From contig NC_135811.1 in assembly GCF_964213995.1 (NCBI RefSeq), positions 89,466,001-89,530,000 on the forward strand: a stretch of 64,000 nt of DNA. The letters run 5' to 3'. The position numbers were made by a program, and so were the translations under genes. Position 1 is the stretch's first letter; each line of letters begins with the position of its first letter. The notes beneath the pieces were generated by a model. It did no database searches. It saw nothing but the letters and a program-made list of their open reading frames with translations, and was not told the origin of the DNA. Shown here one piece after another: positions 49,645 to 61,246 of this stretch. This stretch comes from Mustelus asterias (lineage: Eukaryota).

Positions 49645-49751
49645 CCCTTCCCTCCCCCCTCCCTTTTCCCTCTCCCTTTCCCACTCACTCCTCCTTCCCT
49701 CTTCCCCTCTCTCCCTCCCCTTTCCCCCCCTCATTCCTCCCTCACTTCCTT
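49645..49751 (+). repeat. Polypyrimidine (C/T) low-complexity tract
   Basis: About 105 nt that are almost entirely C/T. Confidence 0.9.
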
Positions 49752-49815
49752 ATTCACAGCCAACAGAACTGTTGTGTTAATGATTTAAAATATTTTATCG
49801 ATTGTTGTTGGAGAA

Positions 49816-50731
49816 AGCAAGTTTGCTGATGATACAAAGATTGGAGGTGTAGTGGACAGTGAGGAAGGTTTTCAAAGCTTGCAGAGGGATTTGGACCAAC
49901 TAGAAAAATGGCAAATGGAATTTAACGCAGACAAGTGTGAGATATTGCACTTTGGAAGGACAAACCAAAGAAGAACGTACAGGGTAAATGGTAGGACTCT
50001 GAAGAGTGCAGTTGAACAGAGGGATCTGGGAATACAGGTACAGAGTTCCCTAAAAGTGACGTCACAGGTGGATGGGGTCGTAAAGAGTGCCTTTGGTACA
50101 TTGGCCTTTATAAATCGGAGTATCGAGTATAAACGTTGGAGTGTTATGGTAAGGTTATATAAGGCATTGGTGAGGCCGAATTTGGAGTATTGTGTACAGT
50201 TTTGGTCACCTAGTTACAGGAAGGTGTAAATAAGATTGAAAGAGTGCAGAGAAGGTTCACAAGGATGTTGCCGGGACTTGAGAAGCTGAGTTACAGAGAG
50301 AGATTGAATAGGTTGGGACTTTATTCCCTGGAGCGTAGAAGATTGAGGGGAGATTTGATAGAGGTGTATAAGATTTTGATGGGTATAGATAGAGTGAATG
50401 CGAGCAGGCTTTTTCCGCTGAGGCTAGGGGAGAAAAAAACCAGAGGGCATGGGTTAAGGGTGAAAGGAGAAAAGTTTAAAGGGAATATTAGGGGGGGCTT
50501 CTTCACGCAGAGAGTGGTGGGAGTGTGGAATGAGCTGCCGGATAAAGTGGTAAATGCGGGGTCACTTTTAACATTTAAGAAAAACTTGGACGGGTTCATG
50601 GGTGAGAGGGGTGTGGAGGGATATGGTCCAAGTGCAGGTCAGTGGGACTAGGCATAAAATGGTTCGGCACAGCCAACAAGGGCCAAAAGGCCTGTTTCTG
50701 AGCTGTAATTTTCTATGGTTCTATGGTTCTA
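49816..50731 (+). mobile_element. Young CR1 3' fragment
   Basis: Starts at 'KFADDTK'; ORFs 49852-50229 and 50244-50651; (TTCTATGG)n tail. Confidence 0.95.
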
Positions 50732-50967
50732 AATATGTATATTGTAAGGAGCTTAAAAAGATGAAGCAATTGAGCATGTCAGTGTCGCTGCTAAAATAAA
50801 ATGTTTAGTTAAATTTTAACATGGTATTAAAGATTTGTATTTATAACATTTTTGTTTATTTTCAATTAAACGCCAAAATTCTACTAATGCTTTATTGAAA
50901 CAAAATATTTAAATACAAAATTGTACAAATGTTATGTTGAAACATACAGAACAGTTAAATATGAGAA

Positions 50968-51135
50968 TTATAAATGAAGTAAGCAAGGCAGAAGAATACT
51001 ATTGATAAACACATTTAGATTTTCCACGGCCCAACACGTGAACACTCCTTTGTTCAATCTGATGCAGGTATCCAAATCATGGTCCGCGAAGTTCTGACTT
51101 CTCATCATCCCAATTAAATTTTCAGTTTCCATCAT
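50968..51135 (-). CDS. Putative 55-aa ORF of an unclassified insertion
   Basis: ATG immediately after a candidate acceptor (ttttaatttag), TAA at 50968-50970, AATAAA ~70 nt downstream; MMETENLIGMMRSQNFADHDLDTCIRLNKGVFTCWAVENLNVFINSILLPCLLHL. No homology recognised. Confidence 0.3.
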   Translation of the reverse strand: MMETENLIGMMRSQNFADHDLDTCIRLNKGVFTCWAVENLNVFINSILLPCLLHL

Positions 51136-51170
51136 CTAAATTAAAACACACAAACGTTTATATAACTTTT

Positions 51171-51309
51171 ATAATAATACAATGCAGATTTAAATAGTTT
51201 CTCAGATTTAGAATATTCTAAATTAACACATACGAATACTTATAAGTGTACCACACGTAAAGTTATATAATAATATGATGCAGATTTAAATAGTTTCACA
51301 AATTTAGAA
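51171..51309. repeat. Two 43-bp direct repeats 96 bp apart
   Basis: ataataatacaatgcagatttaaatagtttctcagatttagaa vs ataataatatgatgcagatttaaatagtttcacaaatttagaa (4 mismatches). Confidence 0.85.
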
Positions 51310-51434
51310 CAAATAAACCTATTTATACATTAATACTCATGTTCAAAAATAAAAAAATACTTTTTATATGAACCAATAACAATAGCATTAACTAAAAATA
51401 ATTAGTTAAAGAATTAAAAATGCTTCATCATACC

Positions 51435-51542
51435 TTTTTATAACAGCAGGGAACTCCTTCTCTGTTTTAAATGTAAAACTGCTAGTTCCAAACTGGACCT
51501 CAATGGGAGTTCCCAATCTGTCTGCGTCAGAAGGGGGCGTGG
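51435..51542 (-). promoter_or_regulatory. Promoter-like motif cluster
   Basis: GC box GGGGCGTGG (51534-51542), CRE-like TGCGTCA (51523-51529), CCAAT (51513-51517), kB consensus GGGAGTTCCC (51505-51514), second GGGAACTCC (51449-51457), TATAAAA on minus (~51436-51442). Confidence 0.4.
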
Positions 51543-51849
51543 TTAGGGTTCTCCTGGGTTGTGCTCAATCTGCGGTTATGGTTTTGCTGAAGGCTTTTCA
51601 GGGCAGGTAAAGTGCCCAAAGATTTCTCGTATTTCTGGCGGACCACAGCTGTCCGCTGGCGATCGGAGGTTTTGGGCCGTAGTCCCCATTACTGAGGCAA
51701 GCTTTTTTATTCCAGATTTATTAATTGGATTTAAATTCCACCAGCTGCCATGGTGGGATCAAAATTCATGTCCCCACTGCATTATCCTGGGCCCTGGGTG
51801 ACATTACCACGACGCCACCAACACCCCAAATTCTGGGAGACACACCTTG

Positions 51850-52140
51850 GGTGCTACATTCAATACGGAAACCAACAATGATGAGGAAGCAATACTTGAA
51901 AACAAGAAGCAAATTGTGGACTACAATAGATTCAATATTAACAATCTGAACAATGCCAGCCCTGTACTTGGAGCCAGGTTAGATAATGATGGCATCAATG
52001 CGTGTTTGAATATCAACTCTCAAGAAACTACTGTGAGATGATGAAATGTTGGTCAAAATAACTCATCCAAACTCAGAAGATGTTCAACAATTTGAAGAGG
52101 TTGATAATGGTGACCATAAAGCTAAGAGTGACTCCCAACC
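51850..52140 (+). mobile_element. Possible Tigger/pogo transposase C-terminal fossil
   Basis: Acidic peptide 'LDNDGINACLNINSQETT..DDEMLVKITHPNSEDVQQFEEVDNGD' loosely resembles Tigger C-termini; weak. Confidence 0.3.
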
Positions 52141-52705
52141 ATCTCTGTAATTCTTCTGGATAGTTAAGGGTGGCAGCAGCTCAATGAAACAACTACTGTT
52201 AAGTATGATGCAACTTCAGAATATCTTGCATCTATGAGAGGCAAGGAATAAATGTGTGTACTTAGAATTTGCTGACTTCTTCTACACCTGTCCATCTGTT
52301 CAGTAATGGCTGGTTTGTCCAGTTTAATATTCACATTTCTATTATCAGAACAAAAGCAACATTTAATTTCATTCAATTAATTGATTGCATTCATTTTGTT
52401 TATTGTTCTAGCTACTGATTTGTTGATCTTGAAAGGACCTTGTTATGATGTGGTCTCTCAAAAAACACAGCCTCGAGTAATAGACCACATTTAGCTGTGG
52501 ATAAACTAGAATGATATATTGTGGAATCTAATTTCTGCCAGTGACCTGGTTCATTTCTGCTTTTTATTTGCTCCATTAGCATTTCACAATTGCAAGCAGT
52601 GGGGTCTTTTTGCAAAGTTTATCTGCTGTATATAATGCTATCTCTAGACTCTGGATACTCTTCAGTTGTATGTCATTGGCAGGAGCTTAGATGAATCTTT
52701 ACAAT

Positions 52706-53391
52706 TGTTATGGTTCAGGTTTGAAACGCCAAAGTGTTTTATGAAGCCTGCCTGAACCACAGGTTTTGCATCTTGAATTTGGCTCGGATGAGCATGGAAT
52801 GTTTCACTTCAGGTATAATTCAAGTAACCCACTAGGGAGCTTTTATCAAACAAAGTTTATTTAAGACTTTAGTTAACATGTATAGTAAGAAAACTAGCAA
52901 GAACTTTTATCAATTACAAACGAAAAAACAACCACATTAATGTAGAACCCTTAACCAATATATATATATCAGATGTTCCAATCAAAACCAACACCCAATA
53001 AACAAAACCCTTTAAACAGATTTATCATTGCATAGGTTAAAGCTCAATATTGGAATCTACTTCCCTGGGTTGAATGCTGATTTCAAATGATCTTGAAAAC
53101 TCCGAGCAGCTTGTAGACATCAGCTCCCCGGAAACACCAAAACATGGACGTTTTACTGCAGGATGGCAATAAACTGTACTTTCAGCTAACTGGTAAAACT
53201 TTCAAAATAAAAATAGAGAGACTTATTTCAGCTATGCTTCTAACACTGCAGCCAAAATGAAACTTAAAGACAATCCTTGTCACCTGACTGGCACACAGTT
53301 TTTTTTGGTTCTCCTCCCACTAATGACCTCACCTAAGGCTTTGACCATGATTTTAAAAAAACAACTTTCTTAAAGGGACATTAACATCACA
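52706..53391 (-). mobile_element. Solo LTR
   Basis: TGT...ACA ends, AATAAA on minus (~52857), imperfect 4-bp TSD caat/taat, no internal coding sequence. Confidence 0.65.
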
Positions 53392-54159
53392 TAATCATGA
53401 TTAATTTTAACCAGCGGAAACTGATATATGGTAGCTTTGTGTAATTACAAGCAGTTGTAAAAGAGTGCAACTCCTGTGATCCTGCTTCATCTTCCCATTG
53501 TACCTTTTGTGACCCAGTGCATACACAGTTTATCTTTATAACAGTTCTCGTTTGCCATGAATGACCACAATAAACACTGCATTATAGGCCCTCTATATAA
53601 GGTACTCCGCCATTGACAAATCTTGACATAAAAAACACCTTGCAAAAGTTATACTTACCTGACATAAAACTTGAAGTTTTAAAATCATAGAATAATACAG
53701 CAAAGAAGGAGGTTGTTTAGCCATTGCGGCTGTGCCATTTGGCAACATTATTTTTTTCCTTCTTATTTCTTCCCACTTAATTTAGATTGCTGCACTCCAC
53801 AGTGCATGTACCATTTAGCCTAAAATGGATGAATTGAAGACAGCTAAGTTTGCATTAATATTCAAAGCTGGGGGTGAGCAGTTAGACTTTTTATCAGTGG
53901 TACCTCGAAAATGTACTTTATTGATCATGACTTTGACCACTCTTCCCTCTTGCTCTGTCTCTTGGCCAATATTTGTGTGGGGCCTTGCGAAGCCTTGTAA
54001 TGCCAAAAGTGAAATGGAAGTGCAAGTTGTTATTGCTGTAATGGCTATTTCAAATAAAGTAGCTGTGTTGTTAAAATAATTCATACTTAGCAACACTTTA
54101 AAAAAAAAATCCAACGGTGCCTCTCTTGGTTGACAGGTTAGTTTATATGCTGATGCACA

Positions 54160-54362
54160 GTTCCACTGGGGAAGTAGCTCTCATTATTGTATGCACTAGT
54201 CATTCTCCATTTTTGAAAATGAACAGCGAGTGTTGGCAGGCTCAAAAGGCAGAAGTGTCCAGCTGTGATCTTGTCCTTGCCTGATGTTCATATGTATGCA
54301 AGCTGCTGAGTAAGAATCAGAGTCCTGGTTGAAAATGAAAAATGAAGCCTGTGACCTTCCTC
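54160..54362 (-). mobile_element. AmnSINE2-like fragment, highly diverged
   Basis: 'cattctccat..acagcgagtgttggcaggct..gatcttgtcctt..cctgtgaccttcc' is antisense to motifs in 33490-33875. Confidence 0.45.
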
Positions 54363-55697
54363 ATTTGACTTCTTGCGTAGGACATTTTGCAGTGAGTTTT
54401 TGTATGTTAACAATCACCCATGGTGTTGCTATCAATTAGTAAGAGGGTAAGTGAGCAAGTAAGAATATTGTATAATGTGTAAAGGTCATATTTTTGAGAC
54501 CAAATTTTAGTCAAAAAGAAAGGGGTTGATTTTTTTTACAAGAGCAGTAGTTTCACAGGGTTAAAATCCACTCTCTCTCATCATTTAACTATTGCAATGT
54601 GCAATTCAGAGCCTCTTCATCAGTTTTCAAGAAATGGCTAAAAAAGTAGTTTGCATTTAGGATGAGACCTTATCTTTAAACAACATCATGGACTGGTTTA
54701 ACTAATTAGCCAAATCGAGAGAGCAGAACATCTGTATTAGAAGAAAACCCGAAACGCGATAAGCCTTTATCACGTTCTGCTGGGAGATGTTGTGAAATCT
54801 TGGCTTTCTGTCGCAGTGCAAAATTGTTTCTCTTCATAAATCTCTTGCACCATCCGGGGCTGGATTTGAAATCTGGAAAGCCTCATTTTCTTGCTTGTTT
54901 CAGGGTGAAGATTCGGATAGACCCGTGAGCAAATGATTTTTGTAGATATATTTTGCAGCTTCAATTTCCAACTGCAGCCAGATCCTAGGCTTTCCTCTGC
55001 TTGCACATTTGTTTCAGGACATCTGCCGTAGCTGTGTAGAGAGCTTCTTTCAATCTCTAACGTTCTTCTCCGATATCTAGAATTCTCTAGCTGCTGCACA
55101 ATGATTTGCCTACTCTGCAGTCTCAAGTTTACGTTTGGACAAGGCTGTCTATCTGCCGCTCCTTCTTGATACCATGTGGCCATGTTGGAGGGTGGGATTG
55201 GTGAGAATGCAGTGCACACCAGTGAGTTGGTGGCCTTGACATCTCACGTTGCCGTATGCAGACACGAAAAGCAGAAGAGCCTTCTTCAATACTGTACTAT
55301 TTTATGATTCTGTCAGTGAGTAGGTTTGCACTAGTGTGAGTTTGACTTCAGTGGTTAGTGGGTGGGAAGTACAAAGAGTTTGAATTTATTTTTGGTCAGA
55401 AGTTGAGAGTTGACTTATACACATGATCAACCAGTACTTGAGTATGTACAGTATGTGTTAAATCACATGTATGGTGGAGCAAATTCTCTTAAAATAGAAG
55501 GTGCACCATTGAATACATATGCGAGGTTTTTTTTAGTATATTGCTCTTTGTCACATGGGTAGAGTCAGATGAATTCTGTGCCAGTGAATGGGATTGGAGT
55601 ATATGGGATGATTGCACCAAAATGTGTAGACTCGTCTCCATTTTAAATGATGTAAAATTAGGACATCATTTGATTTTATCTTATTTATAACTCAATA

Positions 55698-55895
55698 GTG
55701 TCTGCCTGGGTTTTCTCCGGGCGCTCTGGTTTCCTCCCATAGTCCAAAAGACATGCTGGTTAGTTGCATTGGTCATGCTAGATTCTCTCTCAGTGTACCT
55801 GAACAGGCATCAGAGTATGGTGACTGGGGGATTTTCACAGTAACTTCATTGCAGTGTTAATGTAAGCCTACGTGTAACACAAATAAATAAACTTT
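55698..55895 (+). mobile_element. 5'-truncated V-SINE, Rex/Babar-like tail
   Basis: V core 3' half plus tail 'ttcattgcagtgttaatgtaagcctacgtgtaacacaaataaataaacttt'; a tail-only copy lies at 56338-56408 (minus). Confidence 0.82.
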
Positions 55896-55916
55896 AGAAA
55901 AATGGAGCAGTGGGAA

Positions 55917-56050
55917 GTAGAGATTTTTTACCGGAACTCTACCGCCTGGCCACGGAATCGGAGCGGACGAGGGACGGACAATGGAAATGTCCAATGCCCT
56001 TGGGTGGGAATTTCCGGTCTATCTGGAGCTAGGCTGTAAAATCCTGCCCA
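55917..56050. mobile_element. Short GC-rich MITE
   Basis: Ends GTAGATTTTTTAC ... GTAAAATCCTGCCC; CpG-rich interior. Confidence 0.5.
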
Positions 56051-56520
56051 TAGTGTTGGTTGGGTTGGAGGAGTTTCTTTGCAGTAAAAGTTGAAGGGCA
56101 AGCAAATGCAGTGCTGCCAAATTAAACTGTCACTGTTGATTCCGACATAGCATGTTTGCATGGTTACTTCCATTATTGGATAAAGGAATATATGAAGGAA
56201 AATGAAACTACATGCATGTAGATGGAGATTTTAATATATAGATCACAACATTTAAAATCATATGTTGCATGTAGTAAAAGGCAGGTTGGACACTTGCTTA
56301 AATGAAAATAATTCTTGCGTTTTACGAATTGAAGTTAAAGTTTATTTATTAGTCACAAGTAAGGCTTACATTAACACTGCAATAAAGTTACTGTGAAATT
56401 CCCTGTGAAATAAAGTACATCTCAAAAAGATAACTGTAAATTATTTTGTGCATCTACAAAGTCTAAATGCAAATACCAGGCAAAATATATTAATATTCTT
56501 GTTTCTCTTTTGATATGCAG

Positions 56521-56708
56521 CACCACGCTTGGGAAGAATTTTTTGTGCCCGATGCAGGAAGCGATGCCAGTCTAATGTAGAAAAGCAATAGTATCTGCAC
56601 TATCTTCAATCTCAGCAGGATCTATTGGTTTGTGTGTTGTAAACAGACATTGTGTGGCAGGTGCTTCCAGTGAGACCAGGTGAATCATGAGCTCTCCAGA
56701 TAACGCAG
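56521..56708 (+). other. Candidate host-gene exon (5' UTR plus start codon, MSSPDNA..)
   Basis: Acceptor ttcttgtttctcttttgatatgcag, donor CAG|gtaata, non-repetitive, ATG at 56687 with A at -3; all three frames closed upstream. Confidence 0.4.
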
Positions 56709-58094
56709 GTAATATTTTCAGTGTCTTTCTTCTTAGAATTTTCATTCATTGTTCGAATGATTGACTTATGACGAAATTGAGTGAAGATCAACAGTAGAGG
56801 TTTCTAACCTCCAAATTGAAGAGCAGATATTAATCGCTTTATATTGTCATGCACAAGTATGATGCTTATGTCAAAATTTGTGTCTCAATGATATATTATG
56901 AAAATAAAATCAAATTATTTCATACTAATTTGCCTTTTTCTCCTTTTATTCAAAGTTAATGTTCTGCTAAAGCATATGTGGTCTTGGCATAAAAACACAA
57001 TGATAAATCTTCCCAATAACATAAAATATCCAAAATGCAGCTCTATTCTTCAAAAGCTGAGAATACATCATGATACGTTCTGAGTTCCTATAGCCTTGCT
57101 GATTGGTCCATGCTAATCACATAATTAAGTTAGTTAATAGAAGCAATTTATATCCTGATGATCTGTTGCACAAACACAAGACAAAGCAACTCTTTTCAAT
57201 TTTTACTTTTCCCATTGTTAAACCCTGTTTTATTTTAACATGATTTTATTTATAACTGCTTAAATATTTTTAGTAGTCACCTTTTGAAAAATAAGTCTCT
57301 CTCAACATCCTAGTTAAGTTGTAAGCTATTCATTTCACTGCTATATGCCAACACATGCATCTCACAACTGGCCAAATGTAGTGGTCCTTGCTCATTCAAT
57401 GAGGCTCTGAAACGGAAAGATACAGGCACACCAATTATGGCAAGTGCGTTAGAGTCAAGCTGGAAGGCAGACAGAGAGGCAGATGAGTGATTGTGGAGTA
57501 GGAGCCAAGCACATTGTTTTTCTTTGTCAGGAAGAGGTATGCTTATTTTTTGTTCTGCAGCTCTAAAAGTGACATTTTAATCTAAATTTTAGAAATGGGG
57601 CTTTGATAGCAAGTCGATGCTAAATAATTAAGTTTTGATTTTACATCTATAAATCCAACATTTTCCCTTTTTTAATTATGTTGGGAGGTGGCATGCAAAT
57701 TGAACTTTAGGAAGGTTTTTTTTGTAATTGATTATATGAGCTAATGGAGTCTGATAAAGAAGTGATATGGATCGTTAAGAGGGTGATGAGAAAATTGAAT
57801 GATGGTGCTTCCAGAAAGGATAGGGCAAAGAGAGAATATCTATGTAAGCTTTCATTAAATATGAGAAATCAAAATGCAGTATGTTTTTTAAAAATAAACT
57901 TGTCAGTCCTTTCAAGAGGCAATGTTATGGTATGGGTGTGCAACAGTCTGATTTCTGTGTTCTCATTTGTGCTACTTGCATGTTCCAGATGCTGACATCC
58001 CCATTTAATTTATATTAATTTTTCAGTCCAATCCTTTTCCTGCACCTAGTGGTGCACCAAAGCAGACGTTAATCTGTTTCCATAGCTAGTAATT

Positions 58095-58350
58095 CCAGAA
58101 CAGCTCGCTAGTCTGTCTGTAGGAGCTTACAGCTTGAAGGACGCCAGTCCACATCAAGTGTGGCTGACCAGGAGTCTCTCCCACTCTTACCACCAGCTAT
58201 TGGCATATCAGGAAGGATTTACAGGTTGATGCACTCAACCTGTTTGTTTGTGCTATGACCACACCTTCCTTGGCCATCAAACCCTGAGGTAGAACTTGAA
58301 CCCGGAGTTTCTGGCTCAGAGACAGAAACCCAAAGTGCCACAAGATCCCT
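58095..58350 (-). mobile_element. Unnamed tRNA-derived SINE
   Basis: B box GGTTCAAGTTC on minus; homologous to 39430-39706. Confidence 0.6.
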
Positions 58351-60242
58351 ACAAACGTTACTCTCCATGTAATGGTAGGTCCTCTGGTTAGAACTGTTAC
58401 AAGATGGGGAATTTTAAACTATGTTTCATAACAAGGAAAGAATCTCCCAATTGGTTGTACTGCATTTTACCAGGAAAGGCCTTGTTAATGAAAATTCTTT
58501 CTTACAAAGGCAATATGCACTAACATTTATTCCCGAAAGCTTTGAAGTCACAGAAATGCTTGCCTTCTGTAGGCGTGGTGTTTTCAATCATGTCCTTGAA
58601 AGGAGTAATTCCTCAGTTTGTACGCTGGATATTTACTGGTTCTCTATGGCAGCATACATTGTCTTTTTAGTGCAATATCAGCTTGTTGATATATGAGCTC
58701 AATTAGAGGTTCAATTGATTAGACCAGGTTGATGGTGTTTGCATTAGTCTGTGATTGGGCATGGATACTGTATTCACACTGACTTTTAAGAACATAAACC
58801 AAAGCCAAATATGATATCTTATGCCCTCAATTAAATTAAATTTAGCGTAAGGGGGGCCACAGACGTTGTATCTCAATGCAAGTCTTCTTGTTCAAGTGCA
58901 AGGACTTGAGACTTTGAAAACTGGAGAAAAGGGCATACTTTGTCCCCTCTGCTCATTGCCTGATGTGAGTTTTAAGGATATTTGCTCAATAAATTTAGAA
59001 TAATGTATGCAGTCTGATGTGACCTTGGTCTTTTCCTCATGGATCTTTCAAAAGCTTAAAATCCTCCGTTCTCTCTCTCTCCTCAAACTGAGCTTCTCTA
59101 TAACCCAGCATGAAAAGAATGGGAACCCAAATCTTAAGTACGTCATTTGTTAGCAAAATAGTAACACACTTCAAAACACTTTTACATTTTATTTTTAAAC
59201 CAAAGAGCTACCTACTGCATAATTTTTTTGTGTTTCTCTGGTAATTTTCCTTTTCCTGTTTTGAATGTCAACCAGTCAAGATAGTCGTATTCTACCAAAA
59301 ATAGTTTCCAAACGACAGTTGCCATTACACATTTGCAGTTGACTAAACTGTCGCAATGACCATAGCTGGGCCACCATCAACAAAAGAACATAGGTGCACT
59401 CTGGTTCAGCGGATTTTGACTGGAGAGGGGACGGAATACTTCTGGTTGTATGTTTCCATTGGGAAAACCATTGCAGTACCATCTTCTCGCTTCCTAATGA
59501 GCATTTTCTTAAACGAGACAGCATTTTTTTAGTACTGCTCGCTTCACTAATATTTAGCTTTGTTTGGAACACCAATGAAAGTTGCTGTGAGGACGTAATG
59601 GGGATCAGTTCACAAATATAATGGAGGATGTACAGATCTATTTAATTTAAGTTGCATAAATATGATATACAACCACACAGTGTTATTCTAGTTTCTCCCA
59701 TTATCGAGCTCTTTGGGATTACCATCGCTTGGTTCAACTCTTATCTGATTGTAACATGAGCATATCCTACAATGTCTTCTCCTCTTGCCCCCATACCATT
59801 ACTTCAGATTTTCACAAGGATCTTTTTTGACACCCTCCCCTTCCAAAGATCACATCAATAATGTGTTGGCACCTTTCTGAAATGTGAATAGTTAATACAT
59901 AGATGGAGTAGCTCTTGCTATTTAGAGATTAATGAAGGAAAAGAAAAATAGATTGTCCTTCCTTAATGTATAATATTTCTCATTCTTCAAGCTTGATTCA
60001 GACTTTTGTTTCTTCCTGGGCCTTTGTGGACCTTTCGATGCAATGCATTTGAATTTCTTTTGTTTGGATTCTTTGTGTTATGCAGCAATAGTATAGCAAA
60101 AAATAAAGTAATTAGCAAAATCTTAAGTTTGTTACAAATCAAACTAGTTTTGTGTCCATTCTCTCTTTGGGACTCCTTGCATAAACATACGTTATTTAGT
60201 TTCTGTGGTGATGGAATAGAGCTAAAAACTAAATTGGGGCCT

Positions 60243-60533
60243 TTATTTATTAACGTCACAAATAGGCTTACATTAAAACTGCGGTGAAGTTACTGGGAAA
60301 ATCCCCTATTTGCCACACTCTGGCACCTGTTTGGGTACACTGAAGGAGAATTTAGCATGGCCAGTGCACCTAACCAGCACGCCTTTCAGACTGGGAGGAA
60401 ACCAGAGCACCCGGAGGAAACCCACACAGACACACGGAGAACATGCAGACTTCGCACAGACAGTGACCTAAGCCAGGAATCGAACCCAGGCCCAGGCGCT
60501 GTGAGGCAGCAGTGCTAGCCACCTGTGCCGCCC
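60243..60533 (-). mobile_element. V-SINE, Rex/Babar-like tail type
   Basis: Minus head GGGCGGCACAGGTGG..GGTTCGATTCC, V core, tail 'gtaagcctatttgtgacgttaataaataaa'. Confidence 0.88.
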
Positions 60534-61246
60534 ATGAAAGATCTGATTTTGGTCAAGTCATATAGTGCAGATTCAATTACAAGAACAGACATTGCTAGTA
60601 ATTCCCACCTTGGATTCAATTTGTTTTACTTGCGGTAGTTTGTGATAGGTGGAGGTTAACATTTTTTTTTAAAAAGAAAAAAATGTGAATGTAATCCTTT
60701 TCTCTTTGTTGAATTTTAGTTGTTACATCATTTCATTCTATTGTCATCTTTGAGGTACAATATTTGTCTTTCATTATTGAACTATCCAATCTTAATAAAG
60801 GGAAATATTTAGCAAACTAACAAGGAAGTTTTGCTAATCTGAAGAGAATGGTTTCAGCTTTATTCTCTTTCTTTTACAACCAAATAAATTTAAATTCAAA
60901 TGCAATATTAATCAGATAGCTAACCAATACTGCATACACATCTTAAGAAACGGCTGTATACATGTCTAGAGGTTAATTGCAGCTGATTTTCTTTGTCCTA
61001 TTTCTTGAGTGTTAATTTGACTCAATTAATAACATTCTTACTTCAGAGGTTTACCAGGATTTTAGCACATTATCTAAGATGACATTTCAGTGCAGTATTG
61101 ATGCAGCACTCCATTTTGCAGAGCCATGATGGGCAACATCCTACACAGGTACTGTAGCATAGCAGATATTACTGGACTGGTAATCGGGGGCCCTGGATTA
61201 ATAATCCAGAGGCATGAATTCAAATCCCATTGTAGCAGCTGGGGAG

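Noticed and set aside
51637-51682. Helitron 3' end or CACTA terminus (hairpin gcggac/gtccgc, then ..ccgtag)
   Set aside because: Hairpin spacing and terminal bases do not fit CTRR; the minus start is not CACTA and the adjacent bases belong to a SINE.
56687-56708. SOX17 assignment from 'MSSPD'
   Set aside because: SOX17 continues AGYASD within a long first coding exon; here the sequence differs and a donor follows 7 codons.
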